Part shown: positions 18,939 through 28,846 of the stretch, in pieces
How the letters are laid out: every line of letters starts with the position of its first letter
How positions within the stretch are numbered: the first letter of the stretch is position 1
From: an uncultured bacterium
GTDB lineage: Bacteria > Patescibacteriota > Minisyncoccia > Phycocordibacterales > GWA1-40-21
Assembly (NCBI GenBank): GCA_903850545.1
Contig: CAINLW010000009.1
Coordinates: 2,311-66,310, forward strand
Direction: 5' to 3'
DNA length: 64,000 nucleotides
Made by a program: the position numbers and the translations under genes
The notes under the pieces: generated by a model
What the model was told of the DNA's origin: nothing
Database searches by the model: none
The model's input: the letters and a program-made list of their open reading frames with translations, nothing else

Positions 18939-19712
18939 TTATGCCAAACTATGATGTTTTGCTACCAGCCGTTCTAGTGCTAACTGTGCAGTCTGCAACT
19001 CGACTTCACCTGGTTCGGTTGTGGTTATCCATTTTTGCAATAACCGGGACATGCCTGATGTTATGGGTATTTTATCCCAGCCTATTAATTTATCTATCCA
19101 CAAAATTGCTTCCATGGATAGTAAATTGACAACTATTGAGTTCACCCCCGAACTTTTGAAGGCGTACTCTGCAATAGTTGTCACTATGATTATAGGCAGG
19201 AATAATCTTCCACCACATTTTTCGTTTACACGGCTCTCTTTCACAATATCCTTCATTCTTACAGACCCAAGACGGTCATATGTGCCGATCGCCTTGTGTT
19301 CTGCACCGTGCCAAGAAGCAACTTCCTGTCGGATATATGTAAAAATGCAAGCATTTATGGTTGCATAAGTGACTAACGAGTCCCACCACCCACTTGATGT
19401 AGGCGCAGAAGCATGATGATGTCCAGGTAGGATGCTTGCTAACATATACAATCCTGCCAAGACTAAACCCCCAAAAACCAAAGTCCTAATTCCTATTTCA
19501 TCAATAAGCATTAGGATTAGTTTGACAGTTTGAGGTATGAAGAACGAACCCTTTTTAGTGATTAGCCGCAGAATAGCCGAATTGCGTTTTACCTCCCACA
19601 GAATACAGTCGGTGAATGGATCGTATTCAGCTGTCGATGTATATTCTTCTGAAAGAATACTTATACTTCTGGATTTGGACATTCCGCCAATAATTCTGAC
19701 TTTTTTCATCAA
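18939..19712 (-). CDS. DUF1385-like membrane protein
   Basis: WHGAEHK, SRVNEKCG, LQKWITTTEP motifs; TM segments. Confidence 0.8.
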   Translation of the reverse strand: MMKKVRIIGGMSKSRSISILSEEYTSTAEYDPFTDCILWEVKRNSAILRLITKKGSFFIPQTVKLILMLIDEIGIRTLVFGGLVLAGLYMLASILPGHHHASAPTSSGWWDSLVTYATINACIFTYIRQEVASWHGAEHKAIGTYDRLGSVRMKDIVKESRVNEKCGGRLFLPIIIVTTIAEYAFKSSGVNSIVVNLLSMEAILWIDKLIGWDKIPITSGMSRLLQKWITTTEPGEVELQTAQLALERLVAKHHSLA

Positions 19713-19979
19713 TAAACCCCCAATATTTTATGATATTTGTGATACTCAGTCTCTTATATTCAAACAACATTTCAAATACAAAAAACAGTTTTTGTACATC
19801 TGCCACTAAATATAGTAGATAGAAAAAATATGTCAATTCAAGTAAACGCTCGTATCTTTTGAAAAACGTATCATGAGTAGCTCCTAAAGTGTATCAAAGG
19901 GTTATCATTTTTTTGTGATTAACCTTTTTATATCTTAAATAGATTGGTAATATTTTAATATAAAAGATATAATACAAAT

Positions 19980-20255
19980 GTGAAAAGCGAAGATGTATTC
20001 AAAAGAATAAAAACTTTAGAAAATATTTGGGAAGTAAAACCCGAACTCGCAATAGATGTTATTGCTATGCATGAAAACGCTACAAAACTATGGTTATCTA
20101 GAAACAAGGCTGAAGAAGAAAAACAAAGAAAACTCGCTAATGTTTTTATTGGAGCATGTATAGCAGCAAACAGACTTGGCATATCGGATATTCCAAAAAT
20201 TATTGAAAATCGTTTAGTTGAACTTGAGAAATTGGCTAAAGAAAAGAAAAACTAA
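19980..20255 (+). CDS. Small hypothetical helical protein
   Basis: 91-aa ORF with genome-typical codon use. Confidence 0.55.
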   Translation: MKSEDVFKRIKTLENIWEVKPELAIDVIAMHENATKLWLSRNKAEEEKQRKLANVFIGACIAANRLGISDIPKIIENRLVELEKLAKEKKN

Positions 20256-20303
20256 TTTTTTAGTAGTTTTTTTATTTCAAATAATCTCATTATTTATTAA
20301 AAT

Positions 20304-20350
20304 AAAAAAAGTAGCCGCTTCTATTTGTGTAAACAAATAGAAGCGGCTAC
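20304..20350 (-). terminator. Rho-independent terminator
   Basis: Perfect 17-bp stem gtagccgcttctatttg/caaatagaagcggctac with adjacent A run. Confidence 0.85.
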
Positions 20351-20365
20351 AATGTTTGTAGATAG

Positions 20366-21181
20366 TTATTTTTCCTCCTTATTATTAATTATTTGGGCCA
20401 TCCTCCTAATGGCATCGCAAGACTCTTGAGAATGATGTTCTGTTTTCTTGAAAACAAATAAACAATCTTTGACGTTTTCAGTAGTGATCAAAGCCTTTTT
20501 AATAGCACTGGACTTAACGATACTTTCATCCGGAGAATCTTTCCACACTTTCATGCATTCCTTGAATGTCGTGGCGACTTCAAGTCTAGACTCGAGTATT
20601 TCGTTTATTTTATGAAGGGCTTTCGCTTGAACAGCGTCACTATATGAATCCCGTAGAACTTCCATGTAATCCCCAAATGTTAAAGCAGTTTCTAGCTTTA
20701 CCTCAAGAAGTTTTTCAATTTTCTCTGACACTTTTAGTTCAATGCAGTTACATATTTGCCGATCATCATCACGATCAATAATCTTTTCACATTCTTTAAT
20801 GGTCGTTGCAAATGTTACAGCTTTTTCCAACAACGCTTTCTGGAAAATACTAACATCACAATCATCAAAGTCCGTGTCGCCATCATCATCACAAAAAATT
20901 AACATATCATAAATCTTCATACACCCCCTGAATGTCGTGGCGTCTTCAACCTCCTTTTTAATAAGCTCCTCAATCTTTTCCTGCGCTTTTTCATAGATAT
21001 TCCTATCAGCAATATCACAATACTTAATTTCCCGACATTCGTTAAGTGTCTTGGCATTTTCGAGTCTCAAGTAAAGATCTGCATGTTTTTTTTCAATGTT
21101 TCCCAATGCCGACTCCGCAAAATATGTTCCGCCGAGGCCTAGAATACTCGCGATTTTTTCCACCAATATTTTTCTGTCCAT
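20366..21181 (-). CDS. Helical repeat protein (AxTxxEC repeats), paralog 1
   Basis: About 6 repeats (NAKTLNEC, DATTFRGC, FATTIKEC, VATTFKEC); SD AAGGAG. Confidence 0.75.
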   Translation of the reverse strand: MDRKILVEKIASILGLGGTYFAESALGNIEKKHADLYLRLENAKTLNECREIKYCDIADRNIYEKAQEKIEELIKKEVEDATTFRGCMKIYDMLIFCDDDGDTDFDDCDVSIFQKALLEKAVTFATTIKECEKIIDRDDDRQICNCIELKVSEKIEKLLEVKLETALTFGDYMEVLRDSYSDAVQAKALHKINEILESRLEVATTFKECMKVWKDSPDESIVKSSAIKKALITTENVKDCLFVFKKTEHHSQESCDAIRRMAQIINNKEEK

Positions 21182-21262
21182 ATACTCGTCTCCTTTAACT
21201 ACAGTTTTTTTAAAGAACTATTTGTTCCAATCAATAATTAAGCATAATCTTTTGAATAAATA

Positions 21263-21289
21263 AAAAAAGCGAGGATGCCCTCGGTAAAA
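21263..21289. repeat. Direct repeat copy 1 (terminator-like on - strand)
   Basis: aaaaaagcgaggatgccctcggtaaaa, identical at 22337-22363. Confidence 0.85.
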
Positions 21290-21368
21290 TAGATAATAAA
21301 AATGTCGCACTTGGGATAAAACCAAATGCGACATAAGATCACGTATAACAAATATTCTGCAGAATGAA

Positions 21369-22259
21369 TTATTTTACCTCCTTTCTTTCTATAATCCTTG
21401 CCATCTTTCTGATGACACGACACATTTGTGAACCCCCATCTATAAGTCCATAATTCTTATCCATAAGAATATCTGAGCATTCCTTTGCAGTTCTGGCGAC
21501 ATCAATGGCTCTGTTAGCAATCTTTTTTTGAAGCCATGTGGAATTACTCCCTTCGTCTAAGTCGAGGAGCATATCGTAAAGTTCTTTCATTGAGGCCTTC
21601 AGTAATGCTTTTTTCAAAGACTCACGCTCTATGTAGTCACAATAATCGGGGGAATCTTCATATATCTCCCAGTATTCCTCAGTACTGGTAGCCACCTTAA
21701 GTCTCTGCATGAGAAGTTTTTTTACTTTTTTTCGTGCCTTAAGCTTAATGCGAGGGTCAATACAACCACTAGAAACATCCTCACATTCCCCGACAGTTTT
21801 GGCTGTCTTTAGCTCTCTTCGCATAAGTTTATCCACCATTTCTTTAGCTTTTTGTTTGGTTTTGGTGTTAGCTAAAGGATGATCGCTGATCTCAGAATAC
21901 TCAGAATATCCGAACCAGTCGCCACGACCCTCTTTTGCAATTGTAACAAGTTTTAATTGAAGAAGTTCGTTGAGCTTTTTTCGTGCCATCCTTTTAATGT
22001 CAGTACCTTGGGAATTATAAAGACACTCGCATTCTTTAATTGTTTTTGTGGTCAATATAATTTTATCCAAGATTTTTTGTCTGATATCGCTACCTTTTGG
22101 AGAATATATGTAAACCTTATAGCAATCTCTGGGTGTCGTGGCACATTCGAGTCTCTCTTCTAGTTCGGTAATTGACATCAACCCTAGAGTAAACCTCACG
22201 CTACAAGAACTATTTTCACCGAGAATCTTGACGATTTTTGCCGACGTATCAGTATTCAT
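21369..22259 (-). CDS. Helical repeat protein (AxTxxEC repeats), paralog 2
   Basis: CATTPRDC, TKTIKEC, AKTVGEC, ARTAKEC; C-terminus matches paralog 1; start placed at MNTDT behind GGAGG. Confidence 0.75.
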   Translation of the reverse strand: MNTDTSAKIVKILGENSSCSVRFTLGLMSITELEERLECATTPRDCYKVYIYSPKGSDIRQKILDKIILTTKTIKECECLYNSQGTDIKRMARKKLNELLQLKLVTIAKEGRGDWFGYSEYSEISDHPLANTKTKQKAKEMVDKLMRRELKTAKTVGECEDVSSGCIDPRIKLKARKKVKKLLMQRLKVATSTEEYWEIYEDSPDYCDYIERESLKKALLKASMKELYDMLLDLDEGSNSTWLQKKIANRAIDVARTAKECSDILMDKNYGLIDGGSQMCRVIRKMARIIERKEVK

Positions 22260-22336
22260 TTCATTATCCTCCGTTTTAATTTTAAAGACCAATATTTTCT
22301 CCATTCCATGAATAATCATAGTCGTTCTATAAAATT

Positions 22337-22363
22337 AAAAAAGCGAGGATGCCCTCGGTAAAA
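22337..22363. repeat. Direct repeat copy 2
   Basis: Identical to 21263-21289. Confidence 0.85.
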
Positions 22364-22392
22364 ATTTTAAAGCTTAATTTTTTTAAACTTAA

Positions 22393-23103
22393 CTAAATGT
22401 CGCTTTGAATATCCTCCCTGAAAAAATATTGAACAGACTTATTTGTTTTCTTTTTAAGATCCTTCAAAACAATTTTTATGCTTTTAATTGAATCAAATTT
22501 AGATGATTCGTTTTTAATTGCAATATTTATTGGCACCCACATATTATGTCCAAAATCTGTATCTTCTATTAATTTTCCTGAATATTTATTCGCGAAGGCA
22601 ATGACAAACAGGACGTCAGAGAAAAGTTCTCCAGATTTATACATAATTCTTCTTTCACATCCAAGAATTTTGAACTTCGCATCAAGTCCAGTTTCTTGCC
22701 TTAATTTTCTGCTAGCAGCATCTTCAAATAATTCTCCTTTAAGTACTACGCCACCCATGACCCCGACTTTTCCATATGAAGGATTAGATTTTCTAATTTG
22801 ATTTAATATTTCTAATTTTCCACCTACAGTTCTTGAAACAATAGTGATAACTTTAACACCAAACAAAGCATCCTCCAATTTGTTGCTTGTGTGGGGATCA
22901 GCTACATATTTCAAACCTTGAGCTGATAGATAGTATTTTGAGTTTTCTTTGGTCAATAACCCCTTTTTTACCAAATGCTGTAAATGATAATTAAATAAGT
23001 CGTTTGGCGTTCCCTGAGGATGCAAATCTGCGTATCTTAAAACATCAGCATTCTTAAGCTTGGAAATAATATAATCTTGGATTGGTGAAAGTTTAGATGT
23101 CAT
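22393..23103 (-). CDS. wHTH-NUDIX fusion, putative regulator
   Basis: FNYHLQHLVKKGLL winged helix; degenerate Nudix box GGVVLKGELFEDAASRKLRQETGL. Confidence 0.75.
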   Translation of the reverse strand: MTSKLSPIQDYIISKLKNADVLRYADLHPQGTPNDLFNYHLQHLVKKGLLTKENSKYYLSAQGLKYVADPHTSNKLEDALFGVKVITIVSRTVGGKLEILNQIRKSNPSYGKVGVMGGVVLKGELFEDAASRKLRQETGLDAKFKILGCERRIMYKSGELFSDVLFVIAFANKYSGKLIEDTDFGHNMWVPINIAIKNESSKFDSIKSIKIVLKDLKKKTNKSVQYFFREDIQSDI

Positions 23104-23253
23104 GTATTTAAAGAATATACTTTATTTTGAGGAAAATGACAAAGAGTCTGTAGCGTTCTTATTTAATCAAGGTCTGTTTTTAAAGTTACTATTTTGTTTA
23201 TAATTTCTATTAACTGCTTGCTCCACCACAATATTTCATGATACCGTATTAAT

Positions 23254-23922
23254 ATGACAGTGTATGATAAACCACAACCGAAATCAGATGCTCTTGATCA
23301 TATTCGTATAGCAGTAGCCTTGATTCCTACAGAGCCTCTTTTTTCTAATATTATTGAGGCCAGTCAAGCTATAACTCGCCAATTTCAGAATTTTAACATT
23401 ATTGATAAAAATGTTTTTCCTCCTCATGCGTGCCTACATATTTGCACCATATCCAAAGACAAATTGCCACATTTCCTAAAAATAATTAATCAATTGTCCA
23501 ATACAACTTTCCCAATTTTTGATCCATCTATACTAATCAAGGGATCAACGGGCTACATCTCTTTTCAATTAAATATTTCCCCATTGATTCGTTCACTTCA
23601 CGAGAGTGTGTTATCAGCCGCTTTGACTGTTCGGGGAGATGACTATCAGGAAGACCCCGCTCGTTTAGCTCGCCTTTCGGTAGCTGACAGATTGAGCTTT
23701 CAGAAATATGGCAATCGTTTTATCTTCGACAAGTTCAATTTACACATATCCATTGCAAAGGTTGCGCAAGAACATCAAGATGAGGCTTTTGAAATCGCCA
23801 AAACGATCTTAAGCACACCTAAGGCAACGCCCGCAGCTGCTATTCAAGTTTGCGACATCGGAATGCGGAGCGAAAAATGGATCGTTTTATATAGTAAGAA
23901 AATGCAGGGAAAACGTCATTAA
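23254..23922 (+). CDS. 2H phosphoesterase-like protein
   Basis: Two H-x-C/S motifs (PHACL, LHISI). Confidence 0.6.
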   Translation: MTVYDKPQPKSDALDHIRIAVALIPTEPLFSNIIEASQAITRQFQNFNIIDKNVFPPHACLHICTISKDKLPHFLKIINQLSNTTFPIFDPSILIKGSTGYISFQLNISPLIRSLHESVLSAALTVRGDDYQEDPARLARLSVADRLSFQKYGNRFIFDKFNLHISIAKVAQEHQDEAFEIAKTILSTPKATPAAAIQVCDIGMRSEKWIVLYSKKMQGKRH

Positions 23923-25238
23923 TTTAAATATATAGTTTTATCTTTCAAACTTATTTTACTTTTTAAACATCCCAGTAGTTCTCTCTTTTCTATATCTTTT
24001 CCTTCTCTAAGAATATATTTCGCATAATTTTTAATATCTATATCGGCTATTAGTATTTTTTCATTATTTCCGAGTATCATGTGATTAAATTTTTTGATTT
24101 CTTCAACTTTCGCTTTTATCTTCTCTTTTATTCCAATTTCATCTATATCAATTTTTTCAATTAGGGTTTCAAATTGTTTTATTAGATCTATTTCGTTTAT
24201 ATAACCTCCTTTGCAATTCCTGTCTCTTACCCTGGTACAGCTATAATAGACATGCCTGTGAATATTGCCGTTTTTTTGTTTTTTAAACTTTTCATCTGCT
24301 GTAATTCCAGATCCACAAAGTCCACAAGTCATTAATTTGGTAAAAGCAAATTCCTTACTTTCTGATTTAATAATCTGACTTTTTACTTGATTTTGTACTT
24401 GATCAAACAGTTCTTTGGTAATAAGTGGTTCATGTTTACCCGTATAGAAATTTCCACTTTTTAGTGGATATTCGAAAACTCCATAATAATACGGGTTTCC
24501 TAAAAGTTGATATATATTTCCGAAACTTAATCCTTTGTTACTTTTTACACTTTTGAAATTAATCTCAAACTTCAACCAATTATAGATTTTGTGACCACTC
24601 CATTTCTCATACGCCACCTTTTCAAACATTTTCTTGATTACCGGAGCTCGTTGATGATCAATTACTACGTATCCTTTTCTATCAACCCTTTTTTCGTTCA
24701 AATATCCTACTGGTGGAGGTCCTGGTCTTAATCCCATTTCACATTTAGTTCTTAACCCACGTTTTACATTTACTGATTTATTATCATTTTCTAATTTTGC
24801 TTGAGAACATAAAATCATTAATAAGAACTTTTCGTTTGGTGAATTTATAAATGATTGTCCATAAGTTCTTATTTGTAAAAGTAGTTTCTGATCCATTAAA
24901 TCAACAAGTGATCCAAGATCGCCAGCGTTTCTAGAAAGCCTATCTGGTGCCCAAGTAAGTATTCCGTTAAATCTTTCTTTTCTTATATCTTCAAGTATTT
25001 CTTTAAATATGGGTCTTTGTCCTGAATCTTTAGCTGAATGAGACTCTCTCCTTATATCAATAATCTCAAGTCCTTCTTTTTCAGCCAGTTCAAGCATTTC
25101 TTTTACTTGGGATTCTATAGATAAGATTTGGCGCTCCTCAGATTCTGTACTTTTTCTAGCATATAAACAATATTTAATCTTTGCGGTTGGTATTACAACC
25201 CTTGTACCAATCAAAGCGTTTGTCGCCTGTATTTCCAT
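23919..25238 (-). CDS. Large serine recombinase
   Basis: YARKSTE catalytic Ser, DRLSRN, PPVGY, GKHEPLIT, Zn ribbon CGLCG...YYSC. Confidence 0.95.
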   Translation of the reverse strand: MEIQATNALIGTRVVIPTAKIKYCLYARKSTESEERQILSIESQVKEMLELAEKEGLEIIDIRRESHSAKDSGQRPIFKEILEDIRKERFNGILTWAPDRLSRNAGDLGSLVDLMDQKLLLQIRTYGQSFINSPNEKFLLMILCSQAKLENDNKSVNVKRGLRTKCEMGLRPGPPPVGYLNEKRVDRKGYVVIDHQRAPVIKKMFEKVAYEKWSGHKIYNWLKFEINFKSVKSNKGLSFGNIYQLLGNPYYYGVFEYPLKSGNFYTGKHEPLITKELFDQVQNQVKSQIIKSESKEFAFTKLMTCGLCGSGITADEKFKKQKNGNIHRHVYYSCTRVRDRNCKGGYINEIDLIKQFETLIEKIDIDEIGIKEKIKAKVEEIKKFNHMILGNNEKILIADIDIKNYAKYILREGKDIEKRELLGCLKSKISLKDKTIYLN

Positions 25239-25391
25239 GTATTAATGGTGTCAGAGATAGTGTCTTTTGCTAAGCGATAGCTTGTTGGCAACTTTTCTTA
25301 GCAGAATAACTAATTAGCGATATGATCAAGGTAGATTAATAATTTAAAAAGAGTTATTATGTGTAGGACAACTAAATAAGAAGTAGCCTAA

Positions 25392-25528
25392 ACCAGTAGT
25401 AATACTGGCATGGTGAAAGTAAGTCCGTTGAAGATAAAAAACCCATCATGTGGGATTTGTCTTCAACGGCCGTATCTGGAAACAGGTATGGAGGGTTCAA
25501 ACCCTCACTCACGTGATGGGCTTTTTGT
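25392..25528 (+). ncRNA. Putative tRNA-like (C4/CI-style) regulatory RNA
   Basis: 13-bp closing stem 25442-25454/25508-25520, GAAA hairpin 25470-25491, T-arm-like GAGGG-TTCAAA-CCCTC, alternative helix 25425-25438/25456-25469. Confidence 0.5.
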
Positions 25529-25570
25529 TTTTCATCACTGGGTTTTAATAACAATTAATAATCTAATGAT

Positions 25571-26206
25571 ATGAAAATTCTCAGAAATATTTTGGGTATA
25601 GGTATCGGTCTTGTTTCTATTGGTTTGTTATTTAGTAAACCAATTTCAGGTATCGTAGGTCTTATTTTTGCAATAAGCTTTTTACCAAAAACGTGGTCTT
25701 ATCTTTCTAAGAAATATAATTTAAATATTCCTAAGCTCTATAAAATATTAATCGTTGTTGTATTACTTTTTGTTTTCTTTAGTCTTTTACCTCAATCAGC
25801 ACCTCAAGTCCAAAATGTTATTAACAATGAAGCTAGTTCAACTACAAATATAATTGATAAAGAAAAAACACAAAGTCTAAATGGTGGTATTAAGTTTAGT
25901 CTTGATAAGGATTACGGATTCGGTGTCATCACTGTTACAAACAAAGATAGCTTTGATTGGAAAGATTGTGTCTTTTCAGTTCCTCTTGCAAAAACTAATC
26001 CTCTTACAATATTAAAAGGAGATTATATGCCTATAACAGCATCTGATTTCTTTAATGATCCTGAGTTTAATAATGGTGGAAAACAAATGACTATGGATGA
26101 TGGCACTTTCAGAAATATAGGAGGTGCTATTAATGTCCAGTGCAGTAATGGTCAAAGCTCAATTGATAATGTTGCTAAAAATTTTAGTAATATAACTGTA
26201 AAATAA
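25571..26206 (+). CDS. Membrane protein with extracellular C-terminal domain
   Basis: Three N-terminal hydrophobic segments. Confidence 0.7.
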   Translation: MKILRNILGIGIGLVSIGLLFSKPISGIVGLIFAISFLPKTWSYLSKKYNLNIPKLYKILIVVVLLFVFFSLLPQSAPQVQNVINNEASSTTNIIDKEKTQSLNGGIKFSLDKDYGFGVITVTNKDSFDWKDCVFSVPLAKTNPLTILKGDYMPITASDFFNDPEFNNGGKQMTMDDGTFRNIGGAINVQCSNGQSSIDNVAKNFSNITVK

Positions 26207-26210
26207 AATT

Positions 26211-26927
26211 ATGAAAAAAAAGATAATAGTTCTATCTTTCTTTTCACTCCTTATGATAGGGGGTGCTTCAACCGTATTCGCTATTTATGGTATCCAAACA
26301 AAAATAATTAATTGTGTCGCTAACCAAACTTTACAAGACCCTGCTTGCACTCCAGGAGCAGTTTTAACGACGAGTACAACTACAATTTGTAAAACTGGTT
26401 ATACAACAACGGTTCGTGACGTTTCAGTAGCTACCAAAAAGAAAGTTTTTAAGGAATATGGCATTGATTATTCTTTACATTCAAATTATGAAGTTGATCA
26501 TCTAATCAGCCTTGAGCTTGGAGGAAGTAATGATATATCGAATCTTTTTCCCGAGTCATATTTGATTAAAGATAATGCCAGAATAAAAGATAAACTAGAA
26601 AACTATTTGCATAGTAAAGTTTGCAGTGGAAAAATGTCTATCACCGAAGCTCAAAAAGAAATATCAACCAATTGGCTTTATTATTACGATCTTTATTACA
26701 ATGTAAAAGTCGCAACAACTTCAAAAAGCGTTTTACCTGCGACAACTACTTCTATTGTTCCCACCAAATCAATAGCCACATCTTCTACAAATTTTCCCTC
26801 AGTAAAGAAAAGTTTAACTGGTCTTTGCCATGCTTTAGGCACAAGATATTATACTCAGACTTTAAATTACACAGGTTACAATTCGATTGGCGCTTGTTTG
26901 GCAAGTGGAGGAAAATTACCGAAATAA
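26211..26927 (+). CDS. Secreted HNH-like protein
   Basis: Signal peptide; YEVDHLISLELGGSNDISNL; Thr-rich linker; Cys-containing tail. Confidence 0.75.
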   Translation: MKKKIIVLSFFSLLMIGGASTVFAIYGIQTKIINCVANQTLQDPACTPGAVLTTSTTTICKTGYTTTVRDVSVATKKKVFKEYGIDYSLHSNYEVDHLISLELGGSNDISNLFPESYLIKDNARIKDKLENYLHSKVCSGKMSITEAQKEISTNWLYYYDLYYNVKVATTSKSVLPATTTSIVPTKSIATSSTNFPSVKKSLTGLCHALGTRYYTQTLNYTGYNSIGACLASGGKLPK

Positions 26928-26928
26928 A

Positions 26929-28455
26929 TTATCTAAAAAACGGTTTCCAATTTGCTCCAGTAATACCCATAGCTTGGTCAAGATCACTCTCATTAGTATG
27001 ATGATTACTATGATAAATATAACTAATGGATGGTGTACTTTTTGAATCCTCAAACATTTGTAAGATAAGCATTGTCGTGGCGTCAACCAAATCGTCATGC
27101 TTTTCTTTTCCGAAACCCAATATTTGTTCCACTAACTCCTCATTACCTTTATCAGCAAAAACTACACGTCCAAGTTCAATTAAAGCAGAAACAGCCATAA
27201 GTCGATCCTCTTTACTCCAACCTCTTACTGGAAATGGTCTGGCTGGTATTCCCTCAGCCCTTAAGAGATCTGTGATAATTCCTTGGAAGTTTACATCTTC
27301 AACATACACTCGGGAATATGATCCATTATCAGGATTTCGTGAAAGACTTTTAACTCTGCTGATTATTTGGTCAGTAGTTAACCTCGCATTTACTGGATTT
27401 GGTAAAATGTACAATTTTCTATCTTTTCCTGAACCATAGATTTTACCCGAAACCATAGCTGTGTAATCTGCGCCAGCCTTTTGTGATCTTGCAGGGTCAA
27501 TTGAAAGAGCACTGAATCTTAGACTTACTCCAACAGGCAGTTCAGAATAGTGGTGAATATGTTCTCTCTTAATAATCTGATAATCGTTATCGACGATTCT
27601 TAACATATACTCTCTTTGCCAAGTTAGGTCACTAAAACATTTTGATTTTTCATCATCTATATCTTTTTGTGTTTTAAATTTGCCAGGCCAAAGTGGTACA
27701 TTATTTTCATCAATAATTGGAAATTTTCTGAAAACATTTCTTGGATCATTGTTTTGAAAGAATTTTTCCATTCTCATGAGTGTCGAATCGTTGTGCAAGG
27801 GCGTGCCGATGAAAACAAGTTGAGTGTTTCTTTCACCTGCGGGTATGACATCACCTGTTAGCCAGTCATACATTTTATCTCTGTTTTCTTGTGTTCGTAC
27901 TGAATCCGAATCTTCTATATCGTCAGCGATGATCAAGTCTGGTCTATGCTGAAAATGCCTTATACCTCGAATATTTTGCCCAATAGAGCGAGTTGAAATA
28001 TTAGCTCCATATTGAGGAAGAAGAATAGACTGTGTTCCTTCCTGATCGACTTCTTCTTTGAATGGTCCGAAGTCACGTCTAAAGTCATCATTTTCTTCCA
28101 ATTCCTTTTTTATATCGGTAAGGTGTATCTGAGTACTTAGTTGTGTGTGACCTAGAATAAGGATAAACTTTTTCTGCTTTACGCCGACAATTGACCAGAT
28201 GACATACGAAAGAGTGATAATGGTGCTTTTGGCGCTACCCCTAAAAGCGGTAATAACGATATTACGAAGATCAGGATTTTCCGTGAGGTTGAAAATTTCT
28301 CTGTGGAAATCCGCAGTTGGAAATTCTGCATACTTTCTACCGAAGTAATAATGGAAAAACCAATAATGGCTTTTCCTTACCATTGCTAGACGGAATGTTT
28401 TATCTTTAATCATCTGATCGATAATATATTCCTCACTAGGATTTAGGTTGTTCAT
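26929..28455 (-). CDS. Phage terminase large subunit
   Basis: FRGSAKST Walker A, IIADDIE Walker B, IGTPLH, SIDPA and HDDLVDA RNase H-fold nuclease residues. Confidence 0.92.
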   Translation of the reverse strand: MNNLNPSEEYIIDQMIKDKTFRLAMVRKSHYWFFHYYFGRKYAEFPTADFHREIFNLTENPDLRNIVITAFRGSAKSTIITLSYVIWSIVGVKQKKFILILGHTQLSTQIHLTDIKKELEENDDFRRDFGPFKEEVDQEGTQSILLPQYGANISTRSIGQNIRGIRHFQHRPDLIIADDIEDSDSVRTQENRDKMYDWLTGDVIPAGERNTQLVFIGTPLHNDSTLMRMEKFFQNNDPRNVFRKFPIIDENNVPLWPGKFKTQKDIDDEKSKCFSDLTWQREYMLRIVDNDYQIIKREHIHHYSELPVGVSLRFSALSIDPARSQKAGADYTAMVSGKIYGSGKDRKLYILPNPVNARLTTDQIISRVKSLSRNPDNGSYSRVYVEDVNFQGIITDLLRAEGIPARPFPVRGWSKEDRLMAVSALIELGRVVFADKGNEELVEQILGFGKEKHDDLVDATTMLILQMFEDSKSTPSISYIYHSNHHTNESDLDQAMGITGANWKPFFR

Positions 28456-28846
28456 TTGAGTTTTGATTATTATTTGGTAATGCTAGACGGAGGGCTTCAC
28501 GAAGTAATTTTTCTTGCTCTGGATCGAGGATTTCTTTTTCGTTTTTTATCGTTCCTACTATCTCAACCTTTTCTTTGAATTTTGGATTTCGATGCCTTAA
28601 CCAAAAAGAAAGGGCATTCCAATTTTTTTCTTTTATAAGTGTGAGCAGTTGGCTTTCGGAAATGTCATTGATTAAGGCTTCACCGTCGGCTAATGCTTCT
28701 TCCATATCTTTTGCAAATTCCTTATCTGTATTTTTCCACCTATACAAGCTGACTCTAGATATTGCTACTTTTTCACAGGCAACCTCAATAATCGGAATTT
28801 TTCTTAACTCTACCAGAAACTGATTTTTTACTTTATTCTTTTTCAT
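28436..28846 (-). CDS. Terminase small subunit-like HTH protein
   Basis: ACEKVAISRVSLYRWK HTH, FWL motif; overlaps TerL start. Confidence 0.7.
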   Translation of the reverse strand: MKKNKVKNQFLVELRKIPIIEVACEKVAISRVSLYRWKNTDKEFAKDMEEALADGEALINDISESQLLTLIKEKNWNALSFWLRHRNPKFKEKVEIVGTIKNEKEILDPEQEKLLREALRLALPNNNQNSNEQPKS

